A stretch of DNA of 64,000 nucleotides from Chrysomallon squamiferum (GCA_012295275.1 CM022677.1:17050001-17114000), one strand, 5' to 3'; positions 26,616 through 41,342 are shown, counted from the stretch's first letter. Notes: generated by a model from the sequence alone, not told the origin. Program-made: numbers and translations.

Positions 26616-27618
26616 TATTGAGAAAAAAAACCCCGTTATCTTGTTCTCTCAGTTTGTCTCTCTATCTAACATCCATCCATCCATCTATCTGTCGATCTAT
26701 CTATCTATCTATCTGTGTGTATATCTAAATTTCTATCCAGCTACGTACCTGCCTACCCATCAACATAAACTATAATATTGCATTCACGCTCGCGTACATT
26801 TATACAGATGAAAAAACGAGATTACAGAGATGGAAAGAGGAATAAAATGGGTTACTGGATAAAATGTAGTTAGCAGAGTTTGTGCATCGGTCATTGACTT
26901 GATTCTGTCCGTCACATATTTGGAGTTACAACAACAACGACAACTACTACAACAGCAAAAACAGAACAACAACAACAAAAACAAGTAATAATACTAAAAA
27001 AAAAAAAAAAAAAACGATTGCCAACAAAAAAACCACTAATAATGTTGAATCTGCTAAGGATAACTTTGACAACGATGCTGCTGCTGATGATGATGATGAT
27101 GACGATGATGATGATAATGATGATAACAATGTAATCGTCATTTGAATTTATTTCACTCGGCATAAACGATTAATTCGTCCAGCTTTGTCAGGCCCTAATA
27201 ATATCACGTGTTTATTACCAGCCTCGAGATGACAGTTTATCGGAAGTCGTTTATGAATTACTTCCCCTGTCAGTAATTACAGTACTTTTTGGCGAGAGCT
27301 TTTTTGTACCTGAAAATACATAACCGCTTAAAAATGGCGGCGAAATTGTAAGCTGAATGCCTTCATTTCCATAAAAAATGTTATGGACACCTTAATTGAT
27401 TGAACGTTCTAAATGAGTTATTACTTCAACGAATAATATTCTGGTTAGCAACTGAAGCTAATAATGCACACGGCACAATTACGCTGAAAAAAAAAATGGC
27501 GGATTACATTTGGCTTAAAATAAAGATCGTTTATTCAAAGCGATGTTTCTCAAGATTGTTATTTAAATGATAAATAATCGGTATAATTATATTTATGTAT
27601 TGCTTTAATTTATTATTA

Positions 27619-27656
<38 letters not shown>

Positions 27657-27682
27657 AATGTCTGAAAATGAACAAATTTACT

Positions 27683-27784
<102 letters not shown>

Positions 27785-28592
27785 TTGTAAAATAATCAAA
27801 TGAATCATCACTCTTACAGTATTAATATTAACCAGATACTAAACGAAACTATAACACTATATTATGATCTAACGTAACAGCAAATCAACAATTTAACTGT
27901 AACAGAATTCGTATACAAGATTTAAAAAAAACCCCACACGAACAGAGACTAACAGATAGTAAGACAGCCTACGAAGAACGCCAAACCTCTTCACCACTCG
28001 AATAACAAGCGAAGTGAAGATTACAGATAATAATTACAAGACGTACAAACTAGCCATGCATCTGTGACACTCACACACACACACACACACAGACAACAGA
28101 CACACCAGAGCAGAAACCCTCAAGAGCGCACTCGGCCAATTCAACACTTTAATGCATATGCTGATTGGTCTATTGTAACGAAGCCGTCGAGTTGAGAAAA
28201 GGACGCCCGCTTTTTCTCACGGTCGTTGCTCTCCGACTTCGTGGCGTGACTGCGTTCCCATTTCCGTTGCGGCTAATGTTTGTTAACGAAGATGTCCGAT
28301 TTATTCTTAAGGAAGACGCCGGAGGAGTGGTTGTTGTCGTAACAACAACTCCGATCACAGGTTTTTATGCACTGACGGACAATTCGTCGCTAATTCGGAA
28401 CGGCCTCGCCGTGCCACGAAAACAAATCGGAGACAAGTCTTCGCGCCTTCGCGGAAAGCTTTACGGAAACAGCCGATTACGTCCGATCAGCGTTCTGGTG
28501 GCTACGTTCGTAAAGGTTCGGAATCAGTTTCAAATTTCACTCATTGACATGTGAGTGTGCATGTGTGTCCGAGCGAGCACGTGCATGTGAGA

Positions 28593-28821
28593 AAGTAGTA
28601 GTAGTAGTAGTAGTAGTAGCAGCAGTAGTAGTAGTAGTAGAAGTAGAAGTAGTAGTAGTAGAAGTAGTAGTAGTAGTAGTAGTGGTGGTAGTAGCAGTAG
28701 TAGAAGTAGAAGTAGTAGTAGTAGTAGAAGTAGTAGTAGTAGAAGTAGTAGTAGTAGTAGCAGCAGTAGCAGTAGAAGTAGTAGTAGTAGCAGCAGCAGT
28801 AGTAGAAGTAGTATAGTCGTA

Positions 28822-28855
<34 letters not shown>

Positions 28856-28900
28856 CAGTAGCAGTAATCGCATTACTAAGTTCTAGTAGTAGTAATAGTA
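28593..28900. repeat. (AGT)n/(AGC)n/(AGA)n compound microsatellite
   Basis: Direct reading; similar arrays at 9245-9500, 15400-15860, 29535-29765 and 30050-30495. Confidence 0.93.
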
Positions 28901-29484
28901 ATAACAGTTGGAGTTGTGGTAGTGGTAGTACAATTAGTCATAACAATAGCTGTTGTAGTGCATCAGTAGTAGGTGTAGTAGTAGTAGCAATAGCGGTTGT
29001 GGTATTAGTCGTAGTCGTAGTATTAGTAGAAGTTTTAGTGAACAATCGATCTCTGACGTTCTCACACGAAAGATAACGACAAATACCGAAGAGGCCCGAA
29101 TCTTCCGAATACTTAGAAATTAACATCAAACGTATATTAACATCACACACACAATGTGTGAAATATTTATTGCATTTATATACAGCAGAACAAACAATGG
29201 CGATGTACATAAACACAACATATGTCAAATATTATACGACCTATACGACCGTAGAACATGCTTTAATATAAACTAAATCGATATTCAGCATTAACCCGTT
29301 TATTTAGTCAAAGCTTACAGTATGTTATATGTGAGATGTCAATAGGTTAGATGTACTTCAAAAGTAAAATAAATTAATATTAACCACGGTTATTGACACG
29401 AATATCTCCTTTCTTTTGTTCAGTTTTTCTTTCATACCGTCTGTGGTGTTACTGCTGTCATAGGTGTCGATGTTTGTTCTGTTG

Positions 29485-29519
<35 letters not shown>

Positions 29520-29683
29520 AGCACTGGTCGTATAGTAGTAGTAGTAGTAGTAGCAGTAGTAGTAGTAGTAGTAATAGTAGTAGTAGTAGTAGCAGCAGCA
29601 GTAGTAGTAGTAGAGGTAGTTATGGTGTAAGGTATTGCAGTAGTAACATTTATTGGTAATCAGCAGCAGCAGCAACAGCAGTA

Positions 29684-29740
<57 letters not shown>

Positions 29741-29779
29741 TAGTAGTAGTAGTAGTAGTAGTAAAGGTTGTGGCAGACT

Positions 29780-29988
29780 CAGGTATGGTGATGCCCTGGA
29801 GCCAACTATTGACTGTTTGCCCCAAAGAATCAAGGAAGATATTTTGTACTGAGAAAATTATGAGAAAGAAAACATTTTAAAATAAAAACAGATGAAATTT
29901 AAAATAAACACTTTATTAAGTTATTTTCTCTGATTGGATGCCCCCCACATTTGGATGTCCGGGGCCCACCCCCTTCAAACCAGACCTG
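29780..29988. mobile_element. Putative non-autonomous DNA transposon (MITE-like, hAT-type CAGG termini)
   Basis: Left end CAGGTATGGT (29780-29789) versus right end ACCAGACCTG (29979-29988, reverse complement CAGGTCTGGT) match 9/10. Subterminal GATGCCCTGGAGCC and GATGTCCGGGGCC motifs surround an AT-rich core. No clear target-site duplication. Confidence 0.45.
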
Positions 29989-30324
29989 CTGACACGACAT
30001 TGAGTTATGAGGTAGTTATGTCACATTGCAGTCGTCATCAACATCATTAGCAGCAGCAGCAACAACAGCAGTAGCAGTAGTAGTAGTATGGTGTTACTAG
30101 TAGTAGTGTTGTTGTAGTAATGGTAATAGTAGTAGTAGTAGTTGTTGTTGTTGTAGTAGTAGTAGTAGTAGTAGTAGTTGTAGTTGTAGTAGTTGTAGTA
30201 ATGGTGGTAGTAGTAGTTGTAGTAGCTGTAGTAATGGTAATAGTAGTAGTAGTAGTAGCAGTTGTAGTAGAAGTAGTAGTTGTAGTAATGGCGGTAGTAG
30301 TAGTTGTTGTTGTAGTAATGGTAA

Positions 30325-30390
<66 letters not shown>

Positions 30391-30427
30391 AAGTATTAGA
30401 GATGTACCAGGAATACTAGTAGCAGCT

Positions 30428-30496
<69 letters not shown>

Positions 30497-31136
30497 ATAA
30501 ACACAGCATAATGGTAGCAGAACTAATGTGAATTACAGAAGAACTGTAAGCGGTTGAAAATATGGAACATGGATAAATAAATTATATGTGAAAAAAATAA
30601 ATAAAAAAAAAATAAAATAAAGTAATTGTAAAAATTTCGCCAACTGCACTGACTGCAGGCAGAACTCAAAATTAACAGCCACGCCTTGGACCCCCTACGT
30701 TGCCATTTCCTTTTCAAGCACGCGCAGGTGTCTCACGTGCAATACGCTATTTCGCGTTCCGATAAACACACAATTATGTTTTTTCAGTTAAAGTGGGCAG
30801 ATGTATTATTGGTTAAGCATTTTTTTTTTTTTTTTTTTTTTTTGATAGCTATAACATAACTTCGGATATTACATCGCTTATTTGAGCTGTTATTTTATCT
30901 GTGTGTGTGTGTGTGGAAAAGCGATATAACAAACCGATCGGTGCAGAAAAACTTCTGTGTATCAATAGTTTGTTTAATTTGGGCGTATTTGATGTTCAGA
31001 AAAAGGTTTCGTAATAGAATAAGGTTCATAGTTGGAGGATATTAATATTAATATTAATATGGTGGTGTACTGAAATCGTAGGAGAAACTGACGTCATGCA
31101 CGTATGAACATAAATAAAGAAACAAACATGTGCGTT

Positions 31137-31169
<33 letters not shown>

Positions 31170-31217
31170 CAGATGAAATGATTCACAAATGCATAGATAG
31201 GGTTAGGGTGAACTTAG

Positions 31218-31291
<74 letters not shown>

Positions 31292-31326
31292 AGGGAGGGA
31301 GAGGGAGGGAGGGAGGGAGAGAGGAG

Positions 31327-31360
<34 letters not shown>

Positions 31361-31739
31361 AAGAGAGAGAGATTTTTCTTAATACTAGTTCACTTTTATT
31401 TAAAACAGGTTTTTTTTCAAAAATCTGCTTAAAGTATTCACCATATTATTCTGTGCATGAAACCAGATGTTAATTTACTTTTCCTATTGCTACATATGTT
31501 TGTGCACGCCTGGTATTATGTAATAGCAACTTCAGATCTGTGTATCAAGTTCTGAATTGCGCGTTTTTCATAGAAAACTTGGCTGATTTTTATGCACTTA
31601 ACTCACGTGTTTGCATTTTGCAGTCTTGAAAAACGTATTTTATTTTTCACTTTCAATAAGAAACGCAGCGTAGACTGATGAATTAGAAATCTGTTGAATG
31701 CTTGTTTTATATGATTTGGTTGTGTACTGTGTGTTATGG

Positions 31740-32190
31740 TATTGCATGATGCGATTCTTCATTTTGCAAGACTGCTATGATGTAGTTTTGTTTTAATGGT
31801 ATAGGAAGGTAGTATGTGAAAAGATAGGGTATGATAGCGTAACGTGAGGAAAGGTATGGTATAAAATGACATTGTTTGGTGAGGGAAAGGTATGATTATA
31901 ATATGGTATGACAGGGTTATGGTATGGTGAAGAAGGGTAGAATATGGTATGATATGGCAGAATATGGCATGGTGTGCTATATATTGGTAGGAAAAGGTAT
32001 GATATGGGATGATAGGGTAAAGTATGCAAAGTGCGGTATGGTATGGTACGGTTTGGTACAAAGAGTAGGGTACGGTACGGTGTATTATGAGGTGATACGA
32101 ACCTGGGTAAAATACTGTGGTATGGTTATGTCATGGTGTTGTATGGTATGCTGTAGTAATGTATGGTAAGATGTCGTATCGTTTTGGTGT
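31740..32190. repeat. Degenerate (GGTAT)n pentamer satellite
   Basis: Recurrent GGTAT/GATAT/GGCAT pentamers. A comparable degenerate pentamer tract lies at ~3990-4320. Confidence 0.75.
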
Positions 32191-32200
32191 GTAATATTAC

Positions 32201-32257
<57 letters not shown>

Positions 32258-32286
32258 CATTATTATTATTATCATTATTATTATTA

Positions 32287-32323
<37 letters not shown>

Positions 32324-32325
32324 GA

Positions 32326-32359
<34 letters not shown>

Positions 32360-33152
32360 CATCATCATCAGTACCATCATTATCAGCGATGTCATAATCA
32401 TTTATCACTAGTCATTTCCTCCGATTCTTTGAGCAACCACTCTCATTGAGAATTAATAGAAATGTTCTGTAATAAGCTTAATTTCCTGTAGCTGATAATA
32501 AAAAAAAAAAAAAAAAAAATGACTCCGCCAGATAATAAACAGTTTATATTACGTCACAACATCCGAGATTCAGACATTAAAACTAATACGGTTTACGGTT
32601 ATGATGTAACGATTTCCATTCCTTATCTCTCGTAATGTACATAAACAGTAATAAAACCCGTCGATGTCGTTACGGCGAAACAGACAGTGGCTATTAACAT
32701 CTTCATTCACGTGTAAAGTATATCATGTTTAGATTTTTTTTTTTTTTTTTTTTTTTCTTGTCGTTACTGATCGACGCAGTCGAGGTCAGCAGAGGTCGCC
32801 TCGTTATCGAATTCAATTTCTTTATAATCAACGCGGCGAAAGGAAAAAAAAAAATTGTGTGTGTGTGTGTGTTTTCGGAAATTATCGGATGTTTTCGGTA
32901 TGGAACGTGTTTGATGTAATCGGGTGTTTTCGTAATAGCCAATCGGAAATGAAGGGATGATATAAATGAGTTATTTTGAAATTTGTTTTTTTTGTTTTGT
33001 TTTTGTAACTGAGAAACGTGCAGACATAAAGAACGTGTTCCCGTTATTATTGTGTGGTGATTTGTGTTTGTTTGTTTTAAATTATTTTTGATTTAATATT
33101 AACAACACTGCAACAACAACATTAATGAAAAATCGTAATCATCATTATCAGC

Positions 33153-33198
<46 letters not shown>

Positions 33199-33426
33199 TA
33201 ATAACAACAACAATAAATATAATAATAACAATAATAATAATAATAACAGTAATAATAATAATAAAAAATAATAATAATAAATAATAATAATAATAATAAC
33301 AACAACAATAAATATAATAATAACAATAATAATAATAATAACAGTAATAATAATAATAATAAAATAATAATAATAATAGTAATAATAATAACAATAATAA
33401 CAACAACAATAAATATAATAATAACA

Positions 33427-33487
<61 letters not shown>

Positions 33488-34191
33488 CAATAAATATGAC
33501 GATGACGACGACATCCACGACCACAACAACAACAGTACAAAATAATAATGGTTGCAATAATAACGATAAAAACAACGATGACAACAATGATGATAATGAT
33601 AATAATAATTGATTTAATGTTGACTAAAACAATGCTGATAACGACTTCTTCAACAACAACAACATTATTATTATTATTATTATTATTATTATCATTATTA
33701 TTATTATTATTATTATTAGAATTATTATTATTATTATCATTATTATTATTATTATTATTATTATTAGAATTATTATTATTATTATTACTATTATTATTAT
33801 TATTATTATTATCATCATCATCATCATCATCATCATCGCTATCAGTCATGAAGATAATAATAATTACATATGATGATGCCGCCGTCGCTGCAGATGAAGA
33901 TATTAACACAGTGTAGCGGTGACTAAGACGTCATGTCTGAAGAGACAACGGGACAAGTAACAATGATATCAGACATAGTCAGGTTACACGTGTCTGCTTA
34001 GCTCAGAGCTGTCGACTTTGCATTGACTTTACATTCGTCAGGATAAATGTCACGTCAGCACTGACAGCGAGAAAGAAGAGAATAATTCGAGTTATAAGAA
34101 CGACAGAGTGCGACAGAAAGAATGATAGGTAAGAAGGGAAAAAGGGTGAGAGAGACAAAGAGAGAATGAGTAAGGAAGGGAGGGAGGGAGG

Positions 34192-34318
<127 letters not shown>

Positions 34319-34404
34319 AAAAATTTAAATTTATAATTTATAATTACTCTCAATTAGAAAATGAGATAGGAGATAGATGGATAGATAGAGAGACTGAGAG
34401 ACAG

Positions 34405-34478
<74 letters not shown>

Positions 34479-35067
34479 GAGACAGAAGGAACTACAAAGA
34501 GAGACAGAAAGAAGGAAAGAAAGACAGACAGACAGACAGACAGAGAGAAGGCAAAAGATAATGCATAGACCCTGTTCCAAAATGTAGTCCACACATTTAA
34601 CTATCTAAAAACATGTTGGGTTCTTTTTTTTCTTCTTCTTCTTCTTCCAATAGCATTACACTTTACCTCGTATCACGTATCACGTGAACGCCGACATTAT
34701 CAAAACGAAATCTTCTGCCTCTGCCCTAATCTCAAACCGGCAGCGCGGGTAAACAAAGTCAAAACTCAGATTAACATGCACGATTTGGGGCCAAAATTGT
34801 GATTCCAGGTTGATGAATATTCATGACAGAATGACAGCAAGCCAGCTGCAATATCTGCACGCTCCCATAGGTTAATACAGCCTTAAAGGCAATCAGTAGC
34901 TCCGTGATTATGTCTACACGTTTTTTTTTTTTTTTTAACGATATGACGCCTTTAATTGCATTACAAAATCAAATGATTAGTCAGTGGTGGAATAATGGAG
35001 AATGGGTGTTCAGTGATACTGTCCACTGGAATATGTGTTTTATACAGTGTCTTTAATATATACACAC

Positions 35068-35118
<51 letters not shown>

Positions 35119-35327
35119 AATATATATATATGGACATGCTTAGCTATACGTATATATATATATATATATATATATATACAAACATACATACATACATACA
35201 TAGATATACATAGATATATATATATATGATGATATATATATATATATATATATCCATCCAGCTATATCTATAATATATATATATATATATATATTTATTG
35301 ATCTATCCATCCAGCTATATCTATAAC

Positions 35328-35360
<33 letters not shown>

Positions 35361-35694
35361 CAGACAGACACAGAGACATTATTGTGTCAAAAACAGCTCA
35401 CGGAGCTTCAAGTGTGAATGTATGTAAATGTGTGTGCATGTATTTGTTATGCATGTCCACATGTATTCATACTTCTATTAATAAATGTATTCATTGAAAC
35501 ACGTTCATTCAAAAATAACATTCCAGACACATTTTGTGTGTATATATATATAAATATACACATACATATTCATGCATGCACTCATAAATAATTTATATAG
35601 TTTATAAATGTTTAATCATTTAATATTCTCAGTAATAAAAATATTTCTTTTTGTCCTCTTTCTTACACACCATACACAATCAGACTCTGTCTAA

Positions 35695-35817
<123 letters not shown>

Positions 35818-36368
35818 CGCTCTCTCCCCCCTCCCTCTATCTCTTTCACTAGCATATTTCACTCTTGGCTGGGGCTTGTATAAACAGATTAGACATTCAC
35901 TGACACAGTGGAACAGCGAGTAATCTTCTCAAAAAACTCCACTGATTGGGTCTTCGCTGCAGCTCTCAGCAACACCGGCGAAAAGCGAGCGAAACACGTC
36001 AAGACACGACGTAGTCAACACAAATAGCGACGTCTGTCTGTTGAGATTAGCGTCGGTGACACCAACGTGACCTCCCTTCCCCCCCTTCTTTTTTTTTTTT
36101 TTTTTGTTCCTCGCTGACGTTTCTCGACTCTGCGCGCTGAAGATTTCCCATATCGGAAGAACTCTTCTGTCGAGAAGAGCACGAATCTTCACGAGCCGAT
36201 CGCCAAGTGTAATTGACATGTGTTGGAAGGCAGCTGAATTATTCAAAGCTGAACGCGGGGACACTGCTTCAGTTTCTTTGTAAATTTCTGTTTTCTTCCA
36301 TTCCTCCATCACTCCCACCAATCTGCTTGAAGATCGTTCAGAAATCATTGTATTTCTCTTTCCCTCTC

Positions 36369-36478
<110 letters not shown>

Positions 36479-37453
36479 ACACTCTCTCTCATCTCTATGA
36501 TATATTCGTAGGTCTCTCTCTCTCGTTCCCGTGTTCGTGGAAACAGTGAATGATTCTGTCGACATTCATAACGAAAATAATGATCATGCCAACAACACCA
36601 AGCACGGAAAAAAAAATTAAAAAAAAAAAAAGAAAAGCCAACAAATAACGAAACTAGCCACCAATGAAATAGAATGTTTAAGCTATTTGTGTATATTTAT
36701 TGCAAAGCACTGAACGAGTTGGTACATTATGGTTTTCTTTCAGAAGAAGCAATGACGATATCTGCGATTGTCAATGAAAAGGGGGCCAATAAAAAATCAT
36801 CACGTGCAGAGAACTGTCTTTATTCAATTCTCCGCCTTCAGAATCGGATTATTCTTTGATTTTATTCTTATATGAATTTCTACACCGGCGATAAATGCCC
36901 ATCTCTGTGAATTTGAAGCTGAAAAATTTCGGCAATAATTTCATCAGCGAAGAATACATTAATATAAAATAGACGTGAACGCTTTAAGATTGCAGCTTCG
37001 TTGTGTTCACAATATTGTACGAATCGGAAATGTTTATTAAAAACGTTCTGCGTTATACATGTTGCCCTCTGCCAAACACACATATCCTGAGTATACATAT
37101 ATTAATTTTTACACATTTATTTTCTGTTATTATTTACTCAGTGAAAAAAAAAATCCCCCTCATGTCTGGTCAAGCGTACACTTTATTGTGTACCAGCATG
37201 TTTGTTAAGAAAGAAAAAAAGTAATTTAAAAGAGATAGCATGTGTATGTGTGTAAATGTAAATATAAATGTGTCTGTATGTGTGTGTGTATGTGTGTGAA
37301 TACCGAGATATGGACAGAGAAAGGGATAAACTGTTACTCTCAAAGACAGAAATAAACACGTACAGACAGATACACAGATACAAATACAGAACAACTGATA
37401 GGCACAACAGAACATACACACATAAAAATATCGCTACATACATGCACAAAAAC

Positions 37454-37484
<31 letters not shown>

Positions 37485-40159
37485 CATACATGCATACATA
37501 CATACATACATACATACATACATACATACATACATACATACATACATACATACATACATACATACTTATAAGGTAAGTAGACAGTCAGATAGAAAGAGAG
37601 ATAAATATATAAAAATGTATAAAACAGTGAAGAAAGAAAGTGAAGAATAAAAAAATAAAATGAAATAATAAGATTTAAAGAAACTATAAAAGGAAGAAAT
37701 GGAAAAAAAAGAACAGAAATTAGAGAACAAATAAAGAAAATCAAAATGAGAAAGATCACAAACAAACAAACACAAATGAGTAAAAGAATTATACAGAAGC
37801 CAACAAACAAACTTGTGGATGAGAAATATACAAACAAACAAACTTGTGGATGAGAAATATACAAACAAACAAACAAAGAGGATAGAAACAAACAAACAAA
37901 CAAACAACCAAAGGAGAAATACACAAACAAACAACCAATGGAGAAGTTAGTTGCTAAACGTGATTACAAATAAAGTACTTCAGCTCTGGGAATACAACCC
38001 GAAACTGAGGGACAATTCAATCAGACTCTCAACGTCTTTGAAATCGGAACTTTTACTTCAAGTTCACATTACTAGAATATTATCACCGTCCTCGGCTTTG
38101 ATCTTCGTAAAACGCGAAACGTGAAGACGATTGTGGAGATTGAGAAAATCTAACGATTATATATTAACTACAAAATTGATCACGCGGGCCAAAACAATGG
38201 AGATAAACTTTTGACATCTAACGTGGAATTAATGTAAATAATTTTGCTGCATGGAGGGGGGAGGAGGGGGAAATGAAATCGACACGGAAGATATTGACGC
38301 GAAATCGGATAGCAATCGCAGTGCGCGCGAGTCTGATTATTGTGATAAACAGAGACAAAAACAACGTCACAGATCGGTGAAACGGACCTAATTGAAAGCA
38401 CCGGCGAAGCGATTGAATTCGGCGCCATGTTGTTAAACGGAACATGCGCGCGGGGGGGGGGGGGGGGGAGGGGGGCAATTCCCGCTGCGTAATTGCAAAG
38501 TCTCTCCCCCCCAAAGTACTTCTTCACATGGTTTCAAATTAAAACTCGGTCCAAGCACGCTTGTCGTGGTCCTGCTGGAATAGCATCTCTGTTTTTGGTA
38601 ATCGTGTTACTTACTTACTCACAAATTTTCTCTTCGTTTAACTTCGTTCGTTACGTGGTTTCTTTGAATGTAAATATGTTTGTATGGCGTTCCGACGTTC
38701 AGTTAATGTGACGTATCCATGGTGACAGTTGTTTATTTAGATAACAAGTTCTATTCAAAAATTTTCGTCAAATGTTTTCATTAAAATTTAAAAATATTCA
38801 AAAATGCACAGCGGCGTTTTCGTTAAAAAAAAAAAAAAAAAAAAAATTTACATGTCATGGAGACTTTTTCTTTTAGAATATAAGATTTTTTTGTTTGTTT
38901 TTTTGTTTGATTTTTTTTACAGATTTATTTCAATGTTTTCCATAAAATTATAAAATATTTATACTCAAGAATTCTTATCGCGGAGTCTTGTTGAAAAATG
39001 ACGTGATCGTGTTGCTAGTTTGTTTTACATGCATGTTATGACCTGGTGTTATGTTAAATAAAAGAAATATCCAAGTACGCCTACCATGGGCGTATCAGAT
39101 ATCATCAACGACCGCAGTCTCGTATAGCGTGTAAACTAATTCTAGTATTTTACTTAAATTATTAAAAAAGAAAATAAAAAAAAGAAATATATATATATAA
39201 AAATATATATATTAAAAAGTCCGTTGATGTTTAAAACAACGATATACTAGCATCCAAAACGAAATAATAAAAAAAAATCTTCTAAACTTATAAACTGTTA
39301 GTTCTGTTCAAGTGTTCTGAGGGTTGGGATTAATACAGAATATTTAATATCTTCTACGAAAAGAAAGATCGACCAGCCTTTCCGCGACAACAGTCACAAA
39401 AAAAAAAAAAAAAAAAAAAACGTATGAAATGGCGCAAGCAAAAACGACTCATTTGAATTTATTACACATTCAATCCATTCCATACACACCATTCTGCCAT
39501 TTTGTCGTCTTACACGCTAAAGCAAACACAGACAGACAGACAGTCCGACAGTCCGACAGGCACAAACATTACTTTCCCTCTTTCATTGTAAAAAAGAATC
39601 TATACGATATACATATTTAGTAACCCCGCCATATTTAGGCCGCTATCTGAAAAGCAGTCAATCATTCTTACACCAATGGACTGTCGAAAAATCAAATTCC
39701 GCACCTAACAGCAATCACAAATTTCAATTCACCGCTAACAACGTTACCCGTGCTGGCGACGCTAATGCCATTACAAAGTGATTACAAAAGTGGGAATTGC
39801 TGACGAAACGAAACCGGTGGGCGCGCCGTCTCCTTTGCAAAAACACACACACACACACACAAGTTTCTAAAACAGTTCGCTTGACCGATCCGGTTTTCAA
39901 AGGAATCCCCTATTTTTTTTCACGTGACTGCCTCTTTAAAGCGGTTTTTGCAAATTCTGTCGACAGTTCATTTGTGTTGCCGTGAATCGCGCGGTCAGCG
40001 ATTTGTTGATTGGCTCGCAGGTTTTAGACACGTGTCAACCGGTGTCAAGTCCAAGAAGTCAGTGAATATACCGAGGTTGCCTTGCACTAAATCATTCTTT
40101 GTTGACAGTAATGTTAAAGTCGGAGGGATGGAGAAAATGAGAATGAGAATGAGAATGAG

Positions 40160-40251
<92 letters not shown>

Positions 40252-40332
40252 AGAGAGAGCGAGAGAGAGAGCGAGAGAGAGAGAGAATGAGAGAGAGAGC
40301 GAGAGAGAATGAGAGAGAAGAGAAAGAGCGAT

Positions 40333-40432
<100 letters not shown>

Positions 40433-40847
40433 ATTAGACTCACAATATCCTAAAGGTACATACAAACAGCAAACAGTTTGTTAGTATAAACTATAGACAA
40501 TGCTTATACCTTAACTATAGTACGCCATGATATATTAAATACAGTGATTTAGTACGACATATATTATATCGTATATTTAAATCTATGCTTTATCTGTACG
40601 AATCAATACGTGAATTATCTATAACTAAAATAATACAGAAACCTGATATACACCCTTTTTAATTATCATTATTACTGCTACTACTACTATTACTACTATT
40701 ATTAGTGTTGTTGTTGTTGTTGTTATTGTTGTTGTTGTTTTAAGCCAGCTTTCATTTATATAGCGATCAAATTCAGCATCAACAGTACAGATTCTAGAGC
40801 TTCAAATATAATTGTTCAAACGTAATAAGAATAGAGAATGAACAAAA

Positions 40848-40915
<68 letters not shown>

Positions 40916-41279
40916 AGCGAGACACACAGAAGTAAATAAGTACATTTGCATTACATATAACAGGTGGTCAGAATATAATAGTGTAATTACAGCAACAATA
41001 ATTTGTTTGTGCAGCACAATGATTTTTGTAATTAGCCTATTTCCAGTTTTTACTTAACGTTATATTTGTACATATTACGTTCATGTTCATAAATATTCGT
41101 TAAATATTCCTCCATATTCTTTCTCTCATTTTCTTTCTATACGGCCTGCTTTCTCTCTCTCTCTCGATTCTTGCTGTCGTTTTCTTTCGCTGATTTTTTT
41201 TTTCTTTTTTTCTTCTGTTTCTGTTTCTTTCTCTTTTAGCTCTCATTCCTCTCTGTTTCTTAATTCCTTCTTATTACGC

Positions 41280-41342
<63 letters not shown>

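Noticed and set aside
28165-28554. 129-aa non-repetitive ORF as a nested gene
   Set aside because: TTG start, no recognisable family motif and no convincing splice signals; kept only as a non-coding island.
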